In this document: piece by piece, positions 13,017 to 25,556 of the stretch
Layout of the letters: every line of letters begins with the position of its first letter
Position numbering within the stretch: position 1 is the stretch's first letter
Assembly: GCF_018977255.1 (NCBI RefSeq)
Contig: NW_024704743.1
Location: 21,454,001 to 21,518,000, forward strand
Direction of reading: 5' to 3'
From: Callorhinchus milii
Lineage: Eukaryota
DNA length: 64,000 nt
Made by a program: the position numbers and the translations under genes
Notes under the pieces: generated by a model
Database searches by the model: none
What the model was told of the DNA's origin: nothing
What the model saw: only the letters and a program-made list of their open reading frames with translations

Positions 13017-13511
13017 TATATGTTCAAATTCTCAACTTCAGAGGATATTGTAATATGTCATGACTATACTTGCAGGCGAAACACTGCAGCCAATTTGCAC
13101 ATACCAATGTCCCATAAACAATCATGAATGAAATGAACAATTTTATCTGGTGGGATTGTTGACCAGGACACTGAAAAAAGACTCCCTCTTTTTGAAGTGT
13201 GTTTAAAGTCCACCTAGACAGGATTTTATCTTAAATGCTCATCTGAAGAAGGACACCTCCAAAAATGCAACTGAGACTATCAGCTCTAAGACCCATTGTG
13301 ATGTTTGAACCCACAACCTTCTGACTTGGAGGCGATAGACAGGCTATCAACTGAGCCAGGCTAGCACCTTGAGAGTAAACATACCTATACAAGTAATGAA
13401 CATAGTGTGAAACTTCAGCAGTTATCTCTGAATGTTAATCAACACACACAAGCTTTCTATTAAAGAATAAAGTTAGTGTCCATCAGTGGAGTACAGTTAG
13501 TGTCCACCATT

Positions 13512-14612
13512 GGAGGGCGGGGGGGGAGGGGGAAGGAGGGTGCTCAAAGACATGGTTGAAGAGGAGGGTCTTGAGATGGGTGTTGAAGGAGGAAAGGGAG
13601 GGGGTGAGGCGGAGGGATTGTGGGATGGAGTTACAGAGGGTGGAGGCAGAGTGATTGAAGACCCGCCTGCCAATGGTGGGGCGGACGACATGAAGCAGGC
13701 TAGAGCCCGCTGATCGGAGGGAGCAGGCAGGTTAGTAGGGGGTTAAGTGGTTGCAGAGGTAGGGGGGAGCAAGGCCATGGAGGGCTTTGAAGGTGAGGAC
13801 CAGGATCTTGAACTGTATCCTCTGTGTGATGAGAAGCTAATAGAGTTGGGCGAGGATGGGGGTGATAGGGTCATAGAGCCTGGTGCGGGAGAGGACAGAG
13901 AGTTCTGGATGATCTGCAGCCTACGGTGGGAAGAGTTGTGGAGGCCGACAAACAGGGAGTTTGCATAGTCAAACCTGGATATTATCAATGCGTGTATGAG
14001 GGTTTTGGCGGCCTGCGGTGTGAGACAGTGGCAGAGCCGATGTTGCGGAGGTGGGGGAAGGCAGAGCGGGTCAGGGCACGGATGTGGGGAAGAAAAGATA
14101 GTTGAGGGTCAAACAAGACCCCAAGGTTCCGGACTGGCTTAGTAAGGTGGAGCGTGCAACCATGGATGGTGATGCTGTCAGTGTCTGAGGTGAGGAGGCA
14201 CGCACGGGAGCTAAGCAGGAGGGTTTCATCTTGTTGACGTCCAACTGTAGAAGGTTAGCTCTCATCCAGGACTTGATGTTTGACAGACATTCTGTCAGGA
14301 CAACAGTGGTTCTGGAGTCAAAGGTGGAGGCATAGAGGTAGAGTTGGGTGTCACCTGCATACACCTGGTAGTTGACCCCATGTCTGCAGATAATGTCACC
14401 AAGAGGGAGCATATAGGTATTGAAGAGGAGGGAACCAAGGACAGAGCCCTGAGAAACGCTGCATGAGACGATGCAAGAGCTAGAGGAGAAACCGTTTTCT
14501 CCCTTCCCGATCCCGACCCCCAACTAGAGTCCAAAACATTGATTGTCCAGTGCCTTTGGACGTCCTCCCAATGTGAAAAGTGCTATACAAATGTAATTTT
14601 GTTGCTGTTTTG
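13512..14612. mobile_element. L2 LINE with inverted body (13512-~14497, minus) and forward 3' end (~14498-14612, plus)
   Basis: Minus-strand ORF has SQGSVLGSLLF and YAGDTQLY, degenerate RT PQGS and YADD motifs. The missing last ~110 nt follow on the plus strand. Confidence 0.85.
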
Positions 14613-14694
14613 TCAATGGGAGAAACAACTGCACTTTTAATACCATTCTAAAATGTCATCTTAAACACTATTATACAAGACGAATAATACGCAC

Positions 14695-14719
14695 CTCCTT
14701 TGTTTCCATTCTCTTCATC
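14695..14719 (-). CDS. ARHGAP21: 25-nt coding microexon (DEENGNKG + first base of the next codon), not in the ORF track
   Basis: Minus strand reads ttaatttctgcttttttccag|GATGAAGAGAATGGAAACAAAGGAG|gtgcgt. It continues the 180-nt exon in frame and matches the DEENGNRG peptide that follows this segment in vertebrate ARHGAP21. Confidence 0.93.
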
Positions 14720-15372
14720 CTGGAAAAAAGCAGAAATTAACAGTAGGTTACTTTGTGGTTTTTATAATAGAACAAAATTTCAGTGCATACAGGAGACTTA
14801 ATATTTTTGTTAATACATTAGATGGGAGATCAAGCAGACATTCTAATGTGCATTACAACAGAGTTGCTGCTTCCCACAGTGAGGTCCCGATCTTGGTTAT
14901 ATTAACTGAGGAAGATAATAAATAGATGCTACACTTTGGATAGTGATGGGGTGGGGGATGGAGAAATTACAAGAAACATCCCTGGGTTGCAGGCATCTTC
15001 ACAACTGGTCAAGGTTTAGAAGCAGAATACCCCACTGTCTCACCTTCAGTTAGAATTGCATTCAGCAAACACTAAGAAATGATGGTGGGAGAGAGTGGTG
15101 GAGGAGATGGGGGCAGGAGAGAATCATTTCTCGATCATCCAAAATGCCTCCATCCAAAACTGAAAACCTTTTCAATGTTACCCTCTTTCAAAATACAAAG
15201 CAATTTACATTATCTCGTGCCTTTCATGTTGGGAGTTTTTACTTGCACTTGAGCACTCGACAATGCTGGTTAGGCATCCGACTGAGGGTGGGAGCCGCGG
15301 GGGGTGGGGAGGGAAAAGACAAAATGAAATATTTGCTTTCAATCTTTCGGAAAGAGAGAGAATCAAAGGTCT

Positions 15373-15391
15373 GGGGGGGGGGGGGGGGGGG
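15373..15391. repeat. Poly-G run
   Basis: Seen directly. Confidence 0.95.
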
Positions 15392-15789
15392 TGACTAAAA
15401 CATTAACTTACAATATTTATCTAATGAGAAGATTTTACCGCTGTTCCTCAGTGTTCGGAGTGAAAATAGGTTTGGAAAAATAAACACAATTTTACTGTTG
15501 GTAGAAAACTGGCTGACTAAACCGAGTTTAATGGTTTGGCAACCAACTAATGACACAATTACAATACTGTTGTTCAGTTTTGAAAACAGAGTATTAGCAG
15601 AAGTGTAAATGGAACAATTAACAGTATACACAAACTCAGCCTTCAGAAAAATATCAAAAATGTAACTATGAATTGGACAATTTCAAAGAGAGAAAAACTT
15701 ACCAATCCAACCTTCCCTCAAAGACTTTTGAGGAAGTGAAATCTTAAATTGACATTAAAATGTCCATTTTGTGTCAAATTAACACTTGA

Positions 15790-16150
15790 TATAATGTAAC
15801 TAAATTCTAAAAGGCCTTTGATGAAGTATCAGAAGAGTCCCTGATAAACAATGTCACTGGGTACAAAGAGTAAGATATGGTCTTGGGATTCGTGACTAGC
15901 TAAATCAAAGAAGGTAGAGGATAGTCATAAGAGGAACAGGATTAAAAGGAGGTACTAAGTGGTATTCCGCAAGAGGTCTATGCTACAGTTTCTTATGTTG
16001 CTAGTATGTATAAATTATGGATTCTAAAGATCTTACAGTGCGCGCAAAATGGAATACCCCCGAGCTGATTGCTGACTAATGAAGCTCAATGTAAAATGGG
16101 CACAGTTTAAGAGGTAAAAATAAGAATTCCATGTACTAGTTGAGATACAT
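15790..16150 (+). mobile_element. Decayed CR1-clade LINE RT fragment
   Basis: aaggcctttgatgaagt...aagtggtattccgcaag corresponds to KAFD.V and SG(V/I)PQG. Other CR1-like 3' remnants at ~26750-27000(-), 27660-27935(+) and 54735-55100(+). Confidence 0.55.
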
Positions 16151-16154
16151 GGAG

Positions 16155-16545
16155 GGCTTTCACCTACATAGCCCTCCAAGGCCTCACGCCACCCTACCTC
16201 TGCAACCTCCTAACCCCCTACCAACGCGCCCGCTCCCGTCGCTCAGCCGGCTCCGGCCTGCTCCACGTCCCCCGTCCCACCATTGGCGGGAGAGCCTTCA
16301 GCCACTCTGCCCCCAACCTCTGGAATTCCATCCCTCAGTCACTCTACCTCACCCCCTCCTTAGCCTCCTTCAAGTCCCGCCTCAAGACCCTCCTCTTTGA
16401 CCATGTCATCGGCCACCCCCTTTCCCCTCCCTTCTCCCCCACTGACCCCAGCTCGGGTCTGAAATGCTATACACTGTCCAGCGCCTTGGGACGTCCTCCC
16501 GACGTGAAAGGAGCTATACAAATGTAACCTTATTGTTGTTGTTGA
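16155..16545 (+). mobile_element. L2 LINE 3' fragment
   Basis: Same 3' end as the other copies. Confidence 0.88.
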
Positions 16546-16920
16546 TGATAGTGCTGGCCAAGAGGAAAGTTGAAAGAGACCTAGAGGGCATTTGTTAACT
16601 CTCACTCATCATGTGTAAATAGTGTAATCAATAAATCAACTGACGAGAGGGAGCTTAGTAACTGGAGGCTGAACTCACACTGAAAAAGATAGCAGACATC
16701 CACAGTAGGTATTCTGCTACTTTCTTCAACCTTCACATGTACAAAAAAGCGAATAACTAAAACATGTACATTTCTGGATCTAAACCAGGCCTCATCAGAG
16801 AAAAGGGTTCCAAAAGTGATATGATCAGAAACAGAGCATACATGGGCTCAAGCCCCACATCAGGACTTAAAACTCATATCGTCTAAGATGACACAGCAAT
16901 GCAGTGCTGAGGATGTGCTG

Positions 16921-17470
16921 CAACAACAAGATTACATTTAAATAGCGCCTGGGAGGACATCGCAAGGCGCTGGATAGAGGACAGTATTTCAGACCCGAGC
17001 TGGGGTCAGGGGGGGAGAAGGGCGGGGAGCGGAAGAGGGGTGGCCGATGGTATGGTTGAAGAGGAGGGTTTTGAGGTGGGACGTGAAGGAAGCTAAGGAG
17101 GGGGCGAAGCGGAGTCACTGGAGGATGGAATTCCAGAGGTTGGGGGCAGAGTGGCTGAAGGCTCTCCCGCCAATGGTGGGGCGGGTGAGTCGGGGGACAT
17201 GGAGCAGGCCAGAGCCGGCTGAGCGGAGGGAACAGGCGGGTTGGTAGAGGGTTAGGAGGTCGCAGAGGTAGGGTGGGGCGAGGCCATGGAAGGCTTTGTA
17301 GGTGAGGACCAGGATCTTGAACTAGTTCCTCTGAAGGATAGGGAGTCGGGTGAGAATGGGGGAGATGGGGTCACGGAGTTTGGTGCAGGAGAGGACACGG
17401 GCTGCAGAGTTCTGGATTATGTGCAGCCTGTGGAGGGAGGAGTTGGGAAGGCCGATAAGCGAGGCGTTTG
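16921..17470 (-). mobile_element. L2 LINE 3' fragment nested in an older SINE
   Basis: The SINE reads ...gtgctgca | L2 | cattgttacaggtgc... across the insertion. Confidence 0.88.
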
Positions 17471-18777
17471 CATTGTTACAGGTGCTTTTCTTTGGACGAG
17501 ACGTTAAAATGAGGACCCGTTTGCCTGTTCAGGTGGATGTTAAAGACCCCATAGCATTATTTGAAAGGAGAATGGGGTTTCTAACAGTGTCCTGGACAAC
17601 AATTTCTCAAAATAAAATCTTCATGATTGGTTGTGGTACATTCCTGTGCACAAAATGGCTGCTATAGTTTTCCACAAAATACATGCTGTGTTTACCCACA
17701 ATATACTGTCACTGTACTTTACAGTATATCCTGTGAAGTGCTTTGGGATGTCCTCCCGATAGTAAAAGGCACTATACCAAATGTAAGGATTATTATTAGG
17801 CCCTACCAGTCTGCGTCAATGTTTACACTCAAACTGAGTCCCCATGTCTCCTATTGCCCTCACCTATACTCCTCCATTCCCTTCTCCCTCATTTATCCTG
17901 AAAGATCAAAATGAATGCTAAAAGGTAAAGCTGAAGGCTAACGAAAAAACAGAATGGGGGGGGTGGGGAAGGGAGCTGTCCAATAAATCGGCTCTTGAAA
18001 TCACTTATTTAAAAACATCTCTAAGCTAATAATAATCCTTGCATTTGATATAGCGCTTTTCACGTCTTCTAGACGTCTCAAAGCACTTCAAAGCTGTGAA
18101 CATTGGACAAAGGTTCCCATTGTAATGGGTACTACTCTAGAAATACTGTTGTGATTGGGGACTTTTTTTTGGCAAGTTTTTCCACTGCTTGTCAGCAGGA
18201 CCACCCTACATATTAGGGTAGTGGTTGGGATTGAGTGGGAAGAGTCCCTGCTCCCCAGTGACTGGTCAGCCACACTGCTCTTTTCAGTGTAAAGCGCAGG
18301 GATTTCAACAACGAGGGTTGGCTTGATTCTGACTTTCCGTTGCCAAACATGTCTGTTTGGAGCCAATTCAGCTCCAAGGAGATACTATTTACCTCCACCC
18401 CCCACTCCACCCCCACCGAGGATAGTCAATGACTGGTCATTTCACATCTCGCAAATACAGGCTTGAGCCCTCATTAGGTGGATGACATATACCAGAAACT
18501 ATCTGCAAGCTTCCTGGTGGGTAACATAGCTCAGCATGAAATACGTGGATCACTGCCATCTGCCCACAGCTCCGACACACATCCCTTTCCATTGAGTGAT
18601 AGTTCCACCACTTGGAAGGTATGAAAATGGTCAGTCTGACTAAGGAAGGTACTGAATCTCATTATGGATATCCTATGTATATATTCCCACAGCTAATTTA
18701 TGGATTTAAATAGATCTTGAGCTTCTAATAACCATCAAACCTACCATCTATTAGCTTTAAGTGAATACTATTATTTA

Positions 18778-19045
18778 TACGCCTTTGTTTACCTAGCAGT
18801 AAGTGGGAACTTTGTTGTTATTCGATTGGCCAATCGCTTTTCCGGGGGTAATAATCCCTTCAAAAAAAATTAGTCACTCAATCCACAATTGTTTGTGGGA
18901 CATCTCTGCACTATTGGTACAATTTTGTCCACAAAATACACAATCAATTCACTTTGCTGTATAGTCTGAAATGTTTTGAGATGTTTCAACGATGTGATAA
19001 GGCGCTGTATCAAATGCAAGGATGATTATTATTAGTATTATTATA
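18778..19045 (+). mobile_element. 5'-truncated young SINE
   Basis: Body and tail match the other copies. Confidence 0.85.
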
Positions 19046-19194
19046 CAAATCTGTGTCATCCACTCAACGGTTAGACAGATCCTGAAGCTTTTTTCCACCC
19101 AAATGTTGGATTATAATGCAATAAAATTAAAAAAGAAAATTGTTCAAGACTTATGATGTTCAAATTGTTGATTCCCACTACTTTTGACTCTTAC

Positions 19195-19374
19195 CTTTAC
19201 ACTGGTATGCACAACTGACTCTGGGGGATAGACAATGAAATGTCTTAGTGTAAATCCAAAACCCTGTGAAGTGCGTCGTAGAGAAATAGTCTTCGGTCCT
19301 GGCCATGAGAAAACATCATCCTGCATTGGTGAGGTGTTCTCACTGTGTCCCCTTCCATCTGTCTTACTTTTTCT
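19195..19374 (-). CDS. ARHGAP21: Internal coding exon (180 nt, phase 0/0) of Rho GTPase-activating protein 21; N-terminus and start of the PDZ domain
   Basis: Translates to [89 protein letters not shown] is the ARHGAP21 signature; the paralog ARHGAP23 differs before GFGFTLRHF. Acceptor attctatttttcacag (AG at 19376-19375), donor AAG|gtaaga (GT at 19194-19193). Confidence 0.95.
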
Positions 19375-20867
19375 CTGTGAAAAATAGAATTGAGAATTTC
19401 AGTTACGAATCTGTACTCTGCTGCGTCTGCGAGATAGTTTTTTTTTTAAATCTACAAGCAAATCTTTTTTAGAATCGCTTCATTATTGAACACAACTTTT
19501 TTTTTCTCACTCTTTTCCACCACCCAAGGTATAAAAACAAGTTTTTGTTTAGAGAAATAAGAGGAATTTATTTACTAGTACAAAGTGAGCAAAAAATAGT
19601 GTCCAGGATCAAATTTTTAAATGGAGTGGGACCAAACCAACGGTACCCAAATTCAAATAAGAACAAGGTTAAAAACACATATACTATCTGCACTGTTTTC
19701 ATATGCACAATACGGCTGGTCCCAATTAATGCAGATGTCAGGCTCTTTACTGTACATTAATTAGCTGCAAAATATGATTTGAACAGACTGGTTCATTTCA
19801 TGTATTTTGATTTATTATACCTGAGACAATTTGATATCATAGATTGTAAATCATGATCATTATTAAGCAATTAAACTTGATGTAAATGAGTTATAATAAT
19901 CCTTGAAATGAGTTACTACAACAACAACTTGCAATTATATAGAGCCGATCCACACAGAGTAGTGGCTCAGAATGCCACTAAGGTGATGCATCTTGAGCAA
20001 TGCTAAAAATGAAATGTTACAGTAAAATTGATAAAAGATCTCAGAGGTGATGCTCAGTAGCCACATATATTTCAATATACATTGGGTTATATGCACAGTT
20101 ATTAAAATCCCAGTGGTAATAACAGTAAAACTGATTAGATCTTCTATGCGGTGCTCGATATCCATAACATTTCAATACACATTGGATTAAATTGCACACT
20201 TATCAAAATCCTAGAGGCAATCCTATTGTACATGGGGTCCAAATTTTAATTTATTATACAAAAGTATGTACTCAACTTATTAAATCATATTAAAGAATGG
20301 CGCATTCACCATATTATAAAATTCTTCAAAATGTCGAGAAATTTAGACCTTGGCAAGGATGAAGATGTGTAAATTTATTCTCTGCTAAATTTGCACACCT
20401 TCTGAGAATCATCCCTCTAGCATTTTAACACCAGCACCAATAGACACATTTGACGGACATCCTACTGGTTTTTGATACCTGCCCCTGTGACAGCTTCTAA
20501 ATTATTTATATTAACTGTTGTCAGTTTAGGAAATGCCAATCTCCTATGGTTTATTTCAGGGTGGTCCAACTGGCAGTCCAGGGGCCAATTTCATTCACTC
20601 CCCACATCCATTTCATCTGGCCCACCCGTCCCTCCATGACCCAAAAGTGTTATGTTTCATAAAGGGAAACACAAAAAATGTTGCTTATGCACATTTCTCA
20701 AATAGGGTATCCGGAAAGGTTGAACCACTCTGGTTTATTTTATATTTCTGTTGGAAGAACACAAGCACCAATTATAGTATTTTAATGAATAAAATAACTT
20801 TGTTTGGCTTAATCCATGCACTGACATGATTCTTCAATCCAATTTCTTGCTACAGAAATATGCATGC

Positions 20868-20894
20868 ATACACACACACACACACACACACACA
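20868..20894. repeat. (CA)n microsatellite
   Basis: Seen directly. Confidence 0.95.
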
Positions 20895-23800
20895 GGTATA
20901 CACTTCAATATCGCACGGGTAAATAGTAATTATAACAGAAGACATCCAAAACAATCAATTTATTTTCCGTCAGAATTACTCATTCAAAATGTATCAAGTA
21001 ATGCCATAAATGTGCTCAAAATGACAACGGTTTAGAAATAAATCAGTTAGTCTGTCAAATGTTTGGATTTTCTTGGACAAAAACCTAAGATCTACAAAAA
21101 ATTTAGTTACTACTAAAACCAGGCATCCTAAACTGAGAAGACCGTGATAAATTACTTGCATCCTTACAATATTTGTGTGGAAATAAAAAGCTAAATTTCT
21201 TTTAACTGAATCAGCTCAACTTCCACCATTTTAGTAACACACTTCCTCCATCTTAGTAACATGATACAAAACCGTACTGTACTACTATAAAGGTCAGTGA
21301 AGTTTTGATGCATTAGGCCCATGTGCTAAAGAGTAAACAAATTACAAAATGATGATTTTAATAAGAAACTATTTGATGACTCAGATTACTAATATTGAAA
21401 TAGAATGTGATATTCTGATTGGATTATACTGACATTTTGATCCAATTAGATTCACATAAAGTAATAAGGAATGTAAGGTCCACGTTAACAGATTAATAAT
21501 GCCTGAAAGATTGCCAGGACAACATTCTCTAAATTTTAATGGACCACATACCTGGTCAAACTTTCTTCAGAACCGGAGAGAAACTGTCTGATGACCCTAG
21601 TCATAATTAGAAACTCATAATAATTTGTCTTACAGGCAGTTTAACCTAAAAATTTGACTCAGCAAATACAAATACAAGGGAATATTATTTTCACCTAACC
21701 ATGCTAAAAAAGTCTCCAAATCAAACTGCTAAGATTTTCATACATGCGCGGTTTCCATTTGTGAGATCCCTCGCTAAAGGTACGCACATTGCTTATTTAA
21801 TCCCAGAAAATGTAGGTGCAGGTAGGCAAACTAAGATTACCATTGAGGACAGCAGTACATTTCCCACTGCTTTTCAAGCTATTAGGATTTGCAATGTTAA
21901 TAGACACCAAATGGAAGGAATCCCGGTCCTCAGCAACAGGTCGCTTTCTTCAGCTCTTTGACCAATGAGCCAAACTGGCTGGTCCATCACCAACAGTGTC
22001 TTATCTGGCACAGACACTGGTTTACCAAGACTGCCAAATCAAGTTTAATATGTCAATCTTCCATTGCCAAGGTGAGTCACCTTGGAGCCAAGTCAGCACA
22101 TAAGAGACCCTGTTTATCTTCCCCCAACCCCCAAGGAAGATTGTCAGATATCTAATAATCAGCTTGTGACTAAGTACAAGTTTGAGCTCCATTTAGGTGG
22201 ATTAAAGGTACCAGGAACTCCTCGCGGCAGCGCAACTCGGCATATTCCAACCCATTAAGTAGTGGTTCTACAATTTAGAGGTTCAAAGCTTCAGTAGCAG
22301 CTACTTACCTCTCTGCAGACCAATCAAGGCAGATAGCAAGCCATGGATACCTAACCCTGAGTTCACAATTCTAGGTTCCAGGTTAACACTTCCCAGCAGC
22401 TCTTGTCCCAAGCCTCAGCATTTCCTCACTAACTATTCAATACGCATCTGCCTTCAGGATTGTGGAAGGACCTTGTTACATTCCAGCCATCTTAGTGTTC
22501 AGTACAAAGTTTGCATGTCATTAACTGCTTACATCGAGTCTTCATGTAAACGGTTTTGGCAAAGAGATGCTGGGCGTGAAACAGATTCCACCTCTAGGGT
22601 AATGAGCAACAGGTCAGTGTGGATGAGAACCCATCCTCGCTGCAAACACTTTCCCCTTTTAACCACAAATCCAGCTCACTGCTAGGTCCTGAACCTCATA
22701 AATGGTCTTGAGGAAACCAATTACATTCCCAGAAGCTCCAAAACATAAAGGAGAATTGTTTGGACGCACGTTCCATACACCATAAACTTAAAACTACATT
22801 GGGACTTTATTATTCAAGAAAGATGGGAATAATCAGAATGTCCATCACTCCTTCTCAGCACAGTCCCAAAGGCCAATATCCAAGCAAAATATTATGTCCA
22901 CGTAGTACCACAACCCCAATTACTTTTACGAAACAATTGAGATGGATGGATTATATCTTCCAATTGAGATCTTCAATGTTTACTCTCAAGCCATGCAGAG
23001 CCATAATACCGCTCTTGGGGACACCTAATGACATGGATCACTAAATGGTCCAATGTGAAGCGCCCAAGATCACCAGGGCAAGTCCCAAGATCACTTAGAG
23101 CATTGACCTCAAACAGAGCATTTCAATTTGACCGTAAATGCTTGGAACAGATACATGAAACTCGTCCCTCTAAATACCAATGGTGAGGATAACCCTGCCT
23201 CACCCCCGTCCAACATTTGTACCAGCTCAGAAGGAATAACGGATAATCTAATAACAGATTTGATTAACCAATGAAAAGGATTGGCTGTTGCTTACATAAT
23301 GAAGATCACCTGAAATTCTCTCTGTTCACATGATGTTTACACAACTCGAATAATAGCCCCCCATTTTCCAGAAAGTCCAAAGAGGCCACTCTTTCAGTTG
23401 CAAATCCTAATCTAGAAAAATTTGTGCAGCAACCACTTTCTTAATGGTTATCTGAACTAACGTGAAAATAAAAGAAGTTACAAATAAAAAAATAGCTTGC
23501 CACAAATTCTTCCTTCCTTCCAAAAGTCATAACTATTGCTGCTGGTTTCAGTTAAGCAGAAATTCCTTTCATTTGTTCCCAATTCTACAGGGTTCAGCAT
23601 GATTTCAAAGCAGATGTACTCAAACTAAGTGCTGAAAGCGTGATCTTTTCCACTTTCGCAGCAGACATCAATTTCAACTGAGCCAACCACCACATAATAG
23701 GAATCTCTGACCACCAATAGGTTTGGGCCAATAGTACCACAAAAATACAAGCTATTTGTATTTAACAGCTGCTTAGCTTTACAAACTGGCGGTCAATCCT

Positions 23801-24782
23801 GCGTTGTTTTGTTAGCTAATACTGGTTCGCATTGATCAGACTGACGTTCCAACATTAAGATCATAAAATCAAGATCAATATTTATCACATAATCCCAAAG
23901 AGAAGATATCGGAGTATTTCCAATGCAATCTCAGCAACTTGAACATGTCAACAGTCATGTCATCATTTGTTCCGTGCTCGCATCTGGACAGAGCTGAATA
24001 TGAAGAGTGGGGCGAGGTACAGACTCCTTGGCATAAAGTCACAGAAGCAGCTGCTGCAATATATCAGTTACAACCTGTGGCTTTATGTCATCGACTCGTA
24101 TATTCAGAGAGTATTATACTGCAAATTTTATCTTGCAGAACAAAATTATTTAATTGATATGCTCCTCGATAAACACAATGTGTGAATTTTAATTGCAAAC
24201 ATAACCTTTAACTCAATTTAATTGAAGTGACTCTGTAGTAAAGAATTTGTGGATGCTGTGGAATCACCCAGTTTACAATGCACAGGAATAACATTTGTTT
24301 CAAGTGTCGCCACTTGAAACAATTGTGAATTTCTGGTTGTTTCCAAGTCACGGACCACAACCTTTTTTGGCTGCAGGCATTTCCTGATGTTTGGGTCTCT
24401 ATCCTGCTGTCTCCAGAGGAGGGATGAAGAGCCACACTAGAATGGAGCACAGAACGTCTCCAGACGCTGCTTTATTTGTATTGCAAAAAATGCCACTGAA
24501 AGATATGGCCATAAAAAACAAAGTACTAAATTAACACTTGAACTGCCAGCAAATCTATTAGACACTTTCTTGGACTGACTGGTTTGATAAATCACGAAGT
24601 TCAAGTAACTTCTATTGAGAATTAAAAAATAAATGTATACAATTATATTCTTATAATAAGGTATCCTCGTTTTTCCAAATTGCAGTACAGAAGGTAACTT
24701 TCAGCCCATCACCCCTGTCCTGAATAGGCTTCCCACTAGAAACATCCTAAAGCAAATTTCTAACTCTCCCAAGGGTATTTAT

Positions 24783-25556
24783 GTGTTAGTCTGGCTCAGT
24801 TGGTAGCACTCTCACCTCTGAATCAGAATTGTGTGGGTTGAGCCCATGTCAGGACTTGGGACTCATATAGTTTATCCTAACATTTCAATGCAATGCTGGG
24901 GTATGCTGCAATGTTGGAGCTGCCACCCTTTGGATGAGAGGTTGAACCGAGGTCCTGTCTGTAAATAATGATTAATTATGGATGATTGTTATATATGATT
25001 ATGACAGTAAGCGTCAATTCATATGATTATGGGTAATGTACTCGCTGTTGTTTAATAAGGAAGATGGGCAATTGAATGACCTAACCCTAACCTGAAGTAA
25101 GCTAAATTGAACCTAGCGGTCAGCAGGCTGGTACAGACTGGTTTAGAGCTATCAAAGAAGTTAGACGAAGTTACATTTTCCAGAACAAAGAAACATGTCA
25201 GAGTAGCAGTTTCAAGATCTTAGGCAGGGAGGTTGGTACACACCAGATAAGACAGCTCAAAGAATGCCTGTTCAGATGGATTTTAAATACAACAACTTGC
25301 ATTTACATAGCGTTTTCAGACAAGGTAGGGTCACAGAGTGCTTAATGGACTATTCGAAAAGAAAGTATCTCTTGATATCCTGGCCAACAATCCTCAAAAT
25401 AATTGATCATTCACTTCAAATCTGTTTGTAGGATATTACTGTGTGCAATCGGCTGACACGTTCGTCCATAAGGTACATAGTGACTCTACTTTGCAGTACA
25501 TCCTATGGAGCACATTGAGGAGTCCTCCTGATGTGAAAGGTGATATCAAAAGTAAT
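24783..25556 (+). mobile_element. Older DeuSINE carrying two secondary insertions (24961-25265 and ~25289-25342)
   Basis: Colinear with 59735-60125 once the two inserts are removed. Confidence 0.75.

Noticed and set aside
1..14600. Next ARHGAP21 exon (RLEPMDTIFVKQVKEGGPA...)
   Set aside because: Looked for by eye and not found; it probably lies beyond the left edge of the window.
19144..19326. ORF-track start MQDD... and tail [16 protein letters not shown]
   Set aside because: The exon begins at the acceptor at 19374 and ends at the donor at 19195; the tail is intron read-through.
19362..19374. Donor-like AAA|GTAAGA 7 nt inside the 180-nt exon
   Set aside because: Poor exonic context and too close to the acceptor; no evidence of use.
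25080..25093. Interstitial telomeric repeat
   Set aside because: Only about two units.
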